Assembly (NCBI RefSeq): GCF_001194135.2
Contig: NC_068983.1
Location: 166,905,743 to 166,939,915, forward strand
Direction of reading: 5' to 3'
DNA length: 34,173 nucleotides
Origin: Octopus bimaculoides
Taxonomy: Eukaryota
Below, in pieces: positions 24,089 to 34,173 of the stretch. A program made the translations under genes and the position numbers. The first letter of the stretch is position 1; every line of letters starts with the position of its first letter. Below the pieces are notes generated by a model, which searched no databases, was not told where the DNA came from, and saw only the letters and a list, made by a program, of their open reading frames with translations.

Positions 24089-25694
24089 ATAAAATAATTA
24101 TGGCATTATTAATCTAGTGTCTGAAACATAAATTAACATGAAATTTTTACGGAAGGTTCTAGATTGGTTTACAGTAAATTTATATCATAGAAGCAAGGGA
24201 CAGTCTAAAGCAGATGAGTACTAAAGGGATTAATACATAACAAGAATGCTTCTCTCCATCTTCCTCTCATTACGCCAAGAGTATTAATATTTCATTATGT
24301 TGCTATTGTAAAGTATATTCTTTTACTTGTTTCAGTCATTTGACTGCATCCATGCTGGATCACCAGTTTTAGTCAAACAAACTGACCCCAGGACTTATTC
24401 TTTGCAAGCCTAGTACTTATTCTATCAGTCTCCTTTGTCGAACCACTAAGTTCTTGGGACATAAACACACCAACATTGGCAGTCAAGCGATAGTGGGGGG
24501 ACAAACACAGACACACAAATACATACATACATATATAATATAATATGATAAATGCAAAAACTAATTTTTGTGTGTCACACTTTGACCACCTCCCACTCTT
24601 CAATGGTACTTCTTTGTGCTGGGGTGAGAGTAATAGTAGGCATAGAGACAGTGAGGGCAGTGGCGAAGACAGGGAGAGAGAGAGGGAGAGAAAGAGAGAC
24701 AAAGAAATTTAGGGAGAGTTGATGATGTTTTATTAAAAGTAGTAGTGTTGATGGGAGTAATAAGAGAGAGTGGGTGTGTGACAGAAAGAGGGAGATGATG
24801 TACAACTCTCCTGGATAAATTCTTGTGGCCAGCATACTGAACCAACTACTGAACACTATCATTTTTGCTTTCTTTAATACATACATACATGTGTGTGTGT
24901 GTACATATACATACACACACATATATATATATATATAAAATACATTCTAATTGAAATACAGTTTCCCCAAAATTAAACATATCTAATATAATAAATGTGT
25001 GTGTCAGTGTATCACACTTTTTAAACTTTACTCCTAGAGGCCATTGCCCAACATATCATATCATTTTGGAATCAGGTTGACTCCGTGAGTAAATTAATAA
25101 TATTCTGGGTCAAATCCAGACCTGCAATCCTGAAATTTTGGATTCCTATGTTTTCATTACTGTGATTGTTTTCGATTTTTTTTTAAACATGATTTTTAAC
25201 GACGAATATGATCATAATTGAGTGGCTTTTAAGCTAGTATATATATAAATATGATGGGCTTCTTTCAGTTTCCGTCTACCAAATCCACTCACAAGGCTTT
25301 GGTCAGCCCAAGGCTATAGTAGAAGTCACTTGCCCAAGGTGCCATGCAGTGGGACTGAACCCAGAACCATGTGGTTAGAAAGCAAGTTTTTTTTACCACA
25401 CAGCCACTCCTGCAGCTATGTTATATATTTTTTTCTGTATAAGTAATTTCCAAGATTCATTCTCTTCATGTATTTATTCCAGCAGACATCAATTATCTTT
25501 CAATAATTTCTAATTAGCTGTATAGTTTGTTTAATGAACAAATGCTTTGATTCAGTGAATCATGATACCATCTTCTCAAGTTGGTGTGTGTGTCCGTGTC
25601 CAGCAATCATATATAACATAATACTTATGGATTTATAAACAGTGCCGTGGTTGAACTGGAATAAATTTACATAACATTTAGTTTTATCACAAAC

Positions 25695-25930
25695 ATCATC
25701 ATCGTTTAACGCCCGCTTTGACTGAGGACTGGCAAGCCAGAAGGCTGCACTAGGCTCCAATCTGATCTGGCAGAGTTTCTACAGCTGGATGCCCTTCCTA
25801 ACACCAACCACTCCAAGAGTGTAGTGGGTGCTTTTACATGCCAACGGCACGAGGGCCAGTCAGGCAATACAGGTAACGGCCACACTCAAATGGTGTTTTT
25901 TACATGCCACCTGCCCAGGAGCCAGTTCAT
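25695..25930 (-). mobile_element. (ATG)n-tailed SINE/RTE-3'-end repeat
   Basis: CATCATCATCGTTTAACG...GGATGCCCTTCCTAACACCAACCAC...TTTTACATGCC units. Confidence 0.85.
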
Positions 25931-26051
25931 ACAAATTTTACCATTTTTTAGGCAGTTTGTGATCCCATCTTCTTTCTTAATGTCAGGTTGATTGTATGTG
26001 TTGAAAATAACTAAATTTCCAAACATTTTCTTGCCTCACTGAGTTTACAGA

Positions 26052-26700
26052 TGGAGGAAATTCAGAGAGCTGTTACCTCCACAAAAGGTTTCTCTCTCCA
26101 AGTGAAAGGAAGATTGTATGATACATGTATACAGACAGCAATTCTATATGGGCCCTGAATGTAGAGGACATGCAAAGGTTAGAGAGGAATGAGGCTGGTA
26201 TGCTTTGCTGGATGTGCAATGTAAGTGTACATGTTTGACAAAGTGCTGGTGTGTTGAGAGAGAAGCATCAGAGGAATTAATTGCTGTGTGCAAGAGAGGA
26301 AGTGGAAGACATGGGGTGAAGTACTGAAGAAGGACCTCAGGACCTTTCAGACAAGATGACAAAGGACTGAGATGCTTGGCACCTTGCACTACTCAAGAAG
26401 ACCCACACTCTGCAGCAGAAGTGTTAAGACTGGTCCTTCTGGTGGTGGGAAGCATTCATAGTGGTGCCACATAAAGAACCCGTGTGGAGTCGCGTAAAAA
26501 GTATTCATGTGGGACCACATTAAAGTGCCCATGGGGTGGCACATAAAATCACCCATCACACCCTCAGAGTGGTTGGCATTAGGAGCCAAAGACCAAATCA
26601 GAGTGGAGCCTGGTGCAGTTCCCCACCTTGCCAGCTCTGGTCAAACCATCCGACCCATGCCAGCATGGACAACAGACATTAAATGATGATGATGATGATG
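26052..26700 (+). mobile_element. RTE-clade LINE 3' end: ORF C-terminus plus (ATG)n-tailed 3' region
   Basis: Reads WRKFRELLP..KGFSLQVKGRLYDTCIQTAILYG/WALNVEDMQRLERNEAGMLCWMCNVSVHV*QSAGVLREK...KTWGEVLKKDL...DAWHLALLKKT (to about 26402), followed on the same strand by the common repeat body and (GAT)n ending at 26700. Confidence 0.75.
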
Positions 26701-27725
26701 ACAGCAAATAAATTTAGTTTCAGACTCCCCTAAACCCACCCCAAGGGTCAATAAAGCAAAAACCAGTGAAATGCTCGAATCAAAGTAATTTGTTCTGAGA
26801 AATACCCGCAATTCTTAGATATGGATGGGTGAGTTTGACCGAGAGCAAGTCATTGGGAAGAGCAACACCACTGACAGCATGTAGGGCTGCCTAAGCTGGA
26901 CAGATTGGTCAAAAGACTGGACAATTGATATTCAGATGACTCACCAAACATCTTTTCATTTCTTCTGTCAACCATGCATCCTACAGCAAGACACTTGTTT
27001 CTGTCCGTCCATCATACTTTAATGTCTCAACACCTGGCATAAAGACACTTCCCCAGCCCCACCTCCACTCAATACTACACTCCTCCTTCAGTTATGGGCG
27101 TCCAATCTTGTGAGTAGCTTGGTGACTTCACTAGTGCTGACACCATGTAAAACAACACTCAGTACGTTCTGCCAAGTGGTTGGCATTAGGAATGGCATCC
27201 AGTCATAGAAATCCTACCAAAACAGACATTGGAGCTTAGCGCAGTCCTCTGCTTTGTTGACTTCTGTTAAATCACACAAAAACCCATGCAAGCACAGAAA
27301 ATGCATGGTGAACGATGATGATGATGATGAAATACCCCACCTCGTTCCCCAAAGAGTTAACATTGTTCCTAAGAAATCTATCTGTATGAAGGTATTCAAA
27401 CACTTCCAATTAACACGTCTCTCTCTCTCTCTCTCTCTCTCTCCTCACTTGTCTCTCAACAAGATTTATTGCAGTCAAAAACGTGGTTACTTCCAACTGA
27501 CACCAGTTATAGATTGACAAGATAAAATGAAACTTTTTACAACATGCAAAAGTGCAATTTATTCCGTCTTGTTTTGTTCTTTGTTGTTGTTGTTGCTGAT
27601 TTTGTGAGAGAAGAGAATGCAAAGAAAGGGTTTTAAATCTAATCTCAAGGATAATAAATATAACTTCACAGGTCAACAGATACGGATTTACTTTCTTATC
27701 TTGGGACCAAATGAGGATATAATAC

Positions 27726-27764
<39 letters not shown>

Positions 27765-27957
27765 CTCTGGCATGCATGTTTGTATATATGTGTGCATGTG
27801 TCTGTGTTCCACTTTGTCTTGACATCATGCGACAGTTGTAAACAAATGTCACATTGCCATACCAGAAGTGTCCTTTATTTCCACTGTTCCAAGAAAACAT
27901 CTCCAGCCATGGAGAAAATCTCTCTCAATGTGAACATGGGAGTATAGATGATAAAAC

Positions 27958-28400
27958 TGCTTCATCATCATCATCATCGTTTAATGTCCGCTTTCCATGC
28001 TGGCATGGGTTGGACGGTTTAACTGTGGACTGGCAAGCCAGTGGGCTGCACCGGGCTCCAATCTGATCTGGCAAGATTTCTACAGCTGGATGCCCTTCCT
28101 AATGCCAACCATTCTGAGAGTGTAGTGGGTACCTTTTATGTGCCCCCAGCAAGGGTGCCAGTCAGGCAGCACTGGAATCAACCACGTTCAGATGTTGCCT
28201 TTTACATGCCACCGGCACAGGAGCCAATCCAGGAGCAGGGGGTGGGGGCTGGCATCGATCACGTTCGGATGCCGCTTTTTACATGCCACCAGCAAGGGTG
28301 CCAGTCAGGCAGCACTGGCATCAACCTACACTTGAATGGTGCTTAGTATGTGCCACCAGTACAGGTGCCAGTCAGGCGGCACTGGCATCAGCCACAACTA
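27958..28400 (-). mobile_element. (ATG)n-tailed SINE/RTE-3'-end repeat with four internal minisatellite units
   Basis: (CAT)n CGTTTAATGTCCGCTTTCC tail, then units starting near 28131, 28199, 28277 and 28345 (TTTTA.ATG/GTGCC...GCCAGTCAGGC.GCACTGG). Confidence 0.85.
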
Positions 28401-28941
28401 CAATTTCCATCTTGATTTGCTTTTGATTTTACTTGACTCAAAAGGTCTTCTCAAGCGCAGCATATTGCCTGATGATTCAAGGGTCCTTTTAAATAGGCTG
28501 GTTATGCGACACTGGTATATCACTAACCTCACTTTACTTGCCAGGCCTTCCCAATCACAGCATATCTTCTGTATCTATTATTTTATTAGAATGATAACCC
28601 AGTATATCCAGGTGGATAAGGTATTGCTGAGTAGATCAGGAGATGTGAGTACAAATGGGGGAGCAGGTTTTATAGTGTTTCGGGGTCAGACACTGGAATT
28701 CTATATTTTTCACTTCATTGCTACAATTATTCTTTATCCTTTCTGAGTTTCAGTCATTGGACTGCAGCCAAGCCGGGGCATTATATTGAAAGGTTTTTAG
28801 TTGAACAAGTCAACCCCAGGACTTTTTTTTTCAAGTTTGGTATTTATTGTGGGGGGAACTCAAAGTTACAGGGACATAAACCAAACTAACACTTGTTCTG
28901 GAGCAGTGTGCGGTACAAACACACGCACATATATATATATA

Positions 28942-29808
28942 TGTTGTGTTGGCAACTAAGTTCCCGCCATTTTTTAAAATTTTGGAATCGATTTTTTCAA
29001 GAATTCTATTTTTAAATCATTTTGGAATCTATTTGTTTTTTTTTTCTAGTTAATTTTAGTTTATTTTCAGATCATTAAAATGGAATGTCAAGTTAAGAAA
29101 AACGAGCATTTTTGACACCTCCTTCTTTTTGCTTTTAATCATGGTTCTGAGGCCGCAAAAGCTGCTCGCGACATTTGTGCTGTGTATGGAGAGGGTGCCA
29201 TAGCTGAAAGAACCGCTCGTGATTGGTATGCCAAGTTCGAAAATGGAAATTTTGACCTCAAAGACGCACCTCGTTCTGGCTGTCCAGTCGAGTTCGATGA
29301 AGAGCGATTAAACCAACTTTTGCATGAAAATTCTCGTCAAACAAGGGAAGTAGCAGAGAAAATGGAATGCGCCCACACTGCTATAGAGAAGCATCTTCAC
29401 TTGATGGGAAAGGTTCAGAAGTATGGAGCATGGGTTCCGCATGCTTTAAGTGACAACAACAAAAATCAATGAGCCACAATCTCTGCTGGTTTGCTTGCTT
29501 GTCACTGCTCAACTCATGGACACAAGCAACGATTTCTTTACCGAATCTTTACTGGCGATGAAAAATGGTGCCTGTACATCAATATGAAGCAGCATAAGGA
29601 ATGGCTTAGCTCCGGTAAACAAGCAACACCACGTGTGAAACAAGATCTTCATCCATGTAAAATGATGTTGTGCATATGGTGGGACGGGGAAGGGATTATC
29701 CATTACGAATTGCTTGAACGGAACCAAACGGTCAACGCAGAACTCTATGTTCAACAGATGGAACAACTCAACATAGCTATTCAAGAGAAAAGACCTAATC
29801 GTCATGGT
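28942..29808 (+). mobile_element. Mariner transposon relic (mellifera-subfamily-like), 3'-truncated
   Basis: Left TIR-like TTGTGTTGGCAACTAAG lies next to a (TA)n tract. The ATG at 29080 opens one frame: MECQVKKNEHF*HLLLFAFN...WYAKFENGNFDLKDAPRSG...WVPHAL...Q*A...TGDEKW...MMLCIWWD...TVNAELY...QEKRPNRHG. It stops before the HDNARPH motif, with no right TIR. In-frame TGA stops at 29113 and 29470. Confidence 0.92.
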
Positions 29809-30891
29809 ATATTCTGTTAAGAACATAGTAGAGTACGATATAAAGCTTCTTCTTGATTCCAAAATTATTTCCAATCACACACACCAGACTTTTTTTCAGT
29901 TTCCATCAACCAAATCCACTCGAGGCTTTGGTTGGCCCAAGGCTATAGTAGAGGATACTTGCCCAAGGTGCCATGCAGTGGGACTGAACCCAGAACCATG
30001 TGGTCGAGAAACAATTTTCTTAACCATACAGCCACATAACCATTTCTATCGGATATTCAATCAGATATCTTAGTAAATCCATTGGAGTTTGTACTCAAAA
30101 TTTCTTCCTCAATTATTATTATTTTAATTATCCATAATTTGTTTTAATGGGATTTATTTATGCTTTTGTCATGAGTCTTTTGTAAGAAAAAGTATCCCAA
30201 GAATAAAATTAAACAGACTTCAACAATATTTTCATTACTGGGAAGGTTCTTGCGTCTAGATTTTGTGAACAAAGTAGATGTTAAACAAATTAACATTCTA
30301 GTTAACCCATGGGATTATATAAATGTATATACATGCATGTATAGATATGCATATATAAGAGTGTGTGTGTGTGTGTATATAGTACATCATCCAATTTACT
30401 ACAGACTTTAAAGAGTAATATTTACCACACAATAATATAAGGTTTGTATAGTCAGATGATAGCCACAGGCCATATAAAATATCTTACAGAACTGTTTTTG
30501 TTTTAATCTCATTCTTTGCATTTTATGAAAATCAAAAATTATTTCTATAAGAAGAATTTTCCAATTTTTTCATAACATCATTCTAACATACACTTTTCCA
30601 AACAAACATGAAATTTACTTAATCAAATGAAATGCAGTTACCTGTACATTAATGTAAATTAGTGCAGATTATAAGAGGCTCTGGATCATCAATATCCAGA
30701 AAGCTGGTGTTGTACCTGTTATAGATCAATGTCCAGTCTACATTGATTGATTGATAGAGTCAACACATTTTGGCTTTTTCACAAATCCAATTGTAAACCT
30801 TTTGTTATGATACAGTTCTATATTTAAGAGATGAGGAATTATGTACATTATTTACATTCGACAGATATTTGTCCTCATCTTGTTTGTTATT

Positions 30892-30937
30892 AACACAACG
30901 TTTCAGCTGATATACCCTCCAGCCTTCTTCAGGTGTC
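30892..30937 (-). ncRNA. Minimal type I hammerhead ribozyme in the Penelope 3' terminal repeat (GUU cleavage, between 30897 and 30896)
   Basis: GACAC-CTGAAGA-A-GGCTG-gagggtatat-CAGCT-GAAA-C-GTT-GTGTT. Stem I GACAC/GTGTT, core CUGANGA, 5-bp stem II with a closing G-U, GAAA, and a loopless palindromic stem III (AACGTT). Confidence 0.85.
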
Positions 30938-31017
30938 TTGGGGAAATTTCGAACCTGGGTTCTCATTCCTAAGGTATTTTTCAATGTTATTTATTATTAT
31001 TGTTGTTGTTATTGTTC

Positions 31018-31088
31018 AGGTCACTGCTTGGAATCAAACTCGGGGTTAGTAGCCTGCGCTCTTAACCACTACACCATATGCCTGTGGG
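31018..31088 (-). promoter_or_regulatory. tRNA-derived Pol III internal promoter module (A box, anticodon-like loop, B box) in the Penelope 3' UTR
   Basis: TGGTGTAGTGG (31076-31066), GG-CTACTAA-CC, and GAGTTTGATTCC (31041-31030). Each box differs from consensus by a C-to-T change at a CpG. It is not a functional tRNA (no acceptor stem recognisable). Confidence 0.7.
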
Positions 31089-32933
31089 CAATCATGGAGT
31101 GAATTTCAGGGCTTATAAATCTAATATTCTCCTATCCTTCCTTAATACAGGTTCCCATATGCTACTCATATCTGCACTCGGTCTGCTTAGGAGGTTGTTG
31201 TGTTTTAGCATATGTGCTGCTTCTTTTAGTTTTCGTATTTTCCAGTGGTGTTCTCTGTCTATTATTTTAACTTCATCCCACAGGGGGAGGTGGTCTCCAT
31301 TTTTCCATACATGATCAGCTACACCCAATTTATCACTATCTCCCCGTGTCACAGCTTTGCAATGTTCCTCTACCCTTATTTAGTGGGGGCGGTATGTTTC
31401 GCCTTTGTATAATCTACCACAGCTGCATGGGATGGAGTACACGCAGTTCTTAGTCATATTCTCTTCTATTGGTGGTTTTACCTGAAGGAGATATTTGTGA
31501 AGTGTTGTATTACTTTTGAATGCTGTCCTGATGTCATATGGGCCGCATATCTTTTGTACCTTTTCGGAGAAACCTTTCACATAGGGTAGACAGGCTGTGG
31601 GCAGTTTATTGGCCTCGTCCTCTCTCTTCTTCATAATTGGAGTGGATAGAATACTTTGGGGGTAGTTGTTGCTTAACAGACCATTATTGAGCTTGATTAT
31701 TTCTTCGTGGTGTGCATCAGGATCGCTATTTATATTCTTTGCTCGATGTTTTAGGCACTGAGCAATCCTTCTCTTTACACTGTATGGATGGTGGGAAATG
31801 AAGTTGAGGTATCGTCCAGTAAAGGTCAGCTTGCGGTATACGGATGTCCTGAATTGGTGCGTGTTATTAATACGACCAGGAATGCCAGCTGATTGTCTTT
31901 TTCCTTTTCCACTGTGAACTGTATGGATGGCTTTATTGAGTTCACGTGATCTAACAGCAAGCACTTGGACATCTTCCTGGTGGGGCCAGAGTATAAAGGT
32001 GACATCAACATATTGTAACCATAGTGTTGGTTTTAATGGTGTTGATCCTAAAGCCAAATTCTCAAAGTATTCCATGTATATATTGGCAATTACCAGTGAT
32101 AATGGTGAACCCATAGCTAAACCCTCCTCTTGTCGATATATATCAGTGTCCATACTGAAGTAGATAGTTTCTACACAGAAGGTCAAGATTTCCATCAAGT
32201 TTCTTATTGGTATACTAGTGCGTTCATTCAGATGGGTGTCTGTCACTAGTTTTTCTTGTATCACCGATAGTGCTTCACTATCGGTGATACAAGAAAACAT
32301 TGAGTTAACAACAAACAAGATGAGGACAAATATCCATCGAATGTAAATAATGTAAATAATGTACTTTTGTTATGATATTCCTGTTGAAATACTCTGCCTT
32401 TGTTTTAAATGATTTTGAGAATAACAACAAATTTAGGAAAATAATTTTGTCGTTATTAAGATGGTGCCTGGAACACAAATTAAAATGAAATTTTGATGGA
32501 AGGTTTGAATTTGGATCTTTTTAAATTGGGAAGTTTGTGCTTTAAAACCAGGGGCAATTTCAGGCAAATTGGTACCGAAAGCATTAAGAACAAGAAGGAT
32601 CCAGTCACAGTTAATTGAAGATTTGGTTGGAATTCAGATCATTATCAGGATCAGAACGCATACAAATCCAGAAAGTCTGTCTTTCACGAGAAATGACAAC
32701 GTTAATGATAATTGTTTCAACTTGTGGCACAAGGCCAGCAATTGTAGTGGGTTTTAGAGTCACTTCCACTAACCCTAATATATGACTGGTATTTTATTGA
32801 CCCTTAAAAGGATGAAAGGCAATGCTGACCTTGGCACAATTTGAACCCAGAACATAAACAACCAAAACATATAACACTAATCATTCGGTTTGATGCACCA
32901 CAACTACTACTGCTAAAGTCAGTTTGCTGTCTT

Positions 32934-32971
<38 letters not shown>
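32934..32971. repeat. (TAG)n microsatellite, one of many simple repeats (CA, TA, CAT, AAC, GAG, TTA) in the window
   Basis: Directly visible tandem TAG units. Confidence 0.95.
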
Positions 32972-33957
32972 TATGAAATGCAATCACAAAAAAGTGCAAA
33001 ATAAAATAATAATTATGATTAAAAAGCTAAAAACGTTATCTTTTTATGACAGTAATTATTTATCTATTGAGTTATTTAATCAAAAATAAATCAGTTTTTT
33101 TATAGAATTAGATCAATTATCTTTTAACCTAGTTTTTCTGCAAATGACAATTCACCGTGAAAAATCTCTTGTATCTTCGCTATCTTGAGTCAAGTTTTAC
33201 TTTTATCATTTTATCAATTTTCCAAGCATTATTTCTGCAATAATTGGTTGTGACAAAGAAGTGGCCTTTCCTTGATACGAGATACGGGGCCAAAAGAAAT
33301 GTTAAAGGGACAGAGGTGAGGTTGGAGAATTGTGTGACTGTGAAAGTTGGCTAGGTGAACCCTTTTGATGCCAACCCCTTTGGAATCACCCCACCTGCTT
33401 CTGTGGTACAAACTTCTTTTAAAATCATTAAATTAAAACCTTCCATCAATATTTCAAATTAATTTATACTTCAACCATTAGCTTATATTGACAAAATTAT
33501 TTTACTAAATTCTTTATTATTTCCAAAATTAACAGAAACCAAGGTGGTGCATTTTAAGAAAAATATGCTAATGAAAGGGTTAAATATGTTAAATTTTGTG
33601 ACTGATGTTGCTGCACCTTTCAACTGACAGTATTTAAGAAAAAAAAAAAAGATAAAGTTAATGAGGGTTGGTTTTGCTAAGTTCGTGTTAATATATGGAG
33701 ACAAAAGAATTCTTGTATTTGAAGCGGAGTTCATTCTCTGAGAAATGTGTTGTTTACTGTTACAATTAACCAACCCACTTCATATCTCTGATGTCGACTC
33801 AATTTCAATACACAAGTGAAGTCTATCTGAGTTAACATCCCATTACAGTAAATTCCAGTCCAAAATATTGGTTACTAGCTTAAAAGCCTCCCTATCAGGC
33901 AGCTTTTAAGCAACTGACCCCGAGTGGGAAGATCTGCAAACTGATCTCGGACTTCAA

Positions 33958-34173
33958 CATCATCATCATCATCGTTTAACGTCCGCTTTCCATGCTAGCA
34001 TGGGTTGGACGATTTGACTGAGGACTGGTGAAACCGGATGGCAACACCAGGCTCCAATCTAATTTGGCAGAGTTTCTACAGCTGGATGCCCTTCCTAACG
34101 CCAACCACTCAGAGAGTGTAGTGGGTGCTTTTACGTGTCACCCGCACGAAAACGGCCACGCTTGAAATGGTGT
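33958..34173 (-). mobile_element. (ATG)n-tailed SINE/RTE-3'-end repeat, CpG-intact (young-looking) copy, cut by the window end
   Basis: CATCATCATCATCATCGTTTAACGTCCGCTTTCCATGCTAGCATGGGTTGGACG...CCCTTCCTAACGCCAACCAC. It retains CpGs lost in other copies. Confidence 0.9.

Larger units (their letters stand above)
30813..32363 (-). mobile_element. Penelope-like retroelement (Penelope/Poseidon type, RT plus C-terminal GIY-YIG), 5'-truncated, with TSD
   Basis: RT motifs YRQEEGLAMGSPLS.VIANIYME, WLQYVDVTF, IQFTVEKE...LAFL, VYRK.TFTGRYLNF.SHHP. Endonuclease CVYSIPCSCGRLYKGET...R..EH...VADH...IIDRE...RKLKEA ends at the stop at 31113. Two compensating frameshifts (about 31970 and 31860) and a TAA at 31380. 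The 14-bp TSD CTTTTGTTATGATA lies at 30799-30812 and 32364-32377. Confidence 0.95.

Noticed and set aside
28131-28400. CRISPR-like repeat-spacer array
   Set aside because: The context is eukaryotic, and the units are degenerate tandem copies without unique spacers.
31018-31088. Functional tRNA gene
   Set aside because: Both boxes are mutated, the variable and T-arm region looks shortened, and no acceptor stem is visible. It is kept only as a tRNA-derived module.
32278-32318. N-terminus MFVVNSMFSCITDS of the 312-aa ORF as a real start of the Penelope protein
   Set aside because: It is encoded by the fold-back arm and the inverted terminal piece, not by the element's ORF.
33878-33911. 10-bp inverted repeat GCTTAAAAGC/GCTTTTAAGC
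   Set aside because: Short and AT-rich, with no pre-miRNA-length stem, no TSD and no second copy.
34018-34040. CTGAGGA-CTGGT-GAAA in the abundant SINE as a hammerhead
   Set aside because: The 5-nt spacer cannot form stem II, and sibling copies lack GAAA.
84-34173. Most short ORFs in the supplied track (60-150 aa) as host genes
   Set aside because: They translate microsatellites, SINE bodies or antisense transposon frames, with no recognisable domains or splice support. Only the TEAD exon is convincing.

Overview
AT-rich, microsatellite- and transposon-dense animal genomic DNA. The SINE and microsatellite make-up suggests a coleoid cephalopod, probably Octopus (inference). The only host-gene signal is one minus-strand coding exon (19509-19722) encoding the N-terminus and first part of the TEA domain of a TEAD/scalloped transcription factor. 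No other TEAD exon was found, so most of the window is probably TEAD intron. The rest is decayed transposons: an R4/Dong-like LINE split by a SINE, RTE LINE fragments, two mariner relics, a Gypsy integrase fragment, hAT-, piggyBac- and Helitron/Helentron-type MITEs, and several SINE families. The most interesting part is two Penelope-type insertions, each with a minimal type I hammerhead ribozyme with a palindromic stem III. One is a 5'-truncated RT plus GIY-YIG Penelope copy (30813-32363) with a 14-bp TSD, a tRNA-like A/B-box module just upstream of the ribozyme, a perfect 22-bp fold-back at the truncation point, and an inverted terminal piece starting at the predicted cleavage site. The other is a 519-bp non-coding element (23570-24088). 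Both sit in the same short repeat family, and both ribozymes are sense to TEAD. Almost all ORFs in the supplied track are spurious or transposon remnants.
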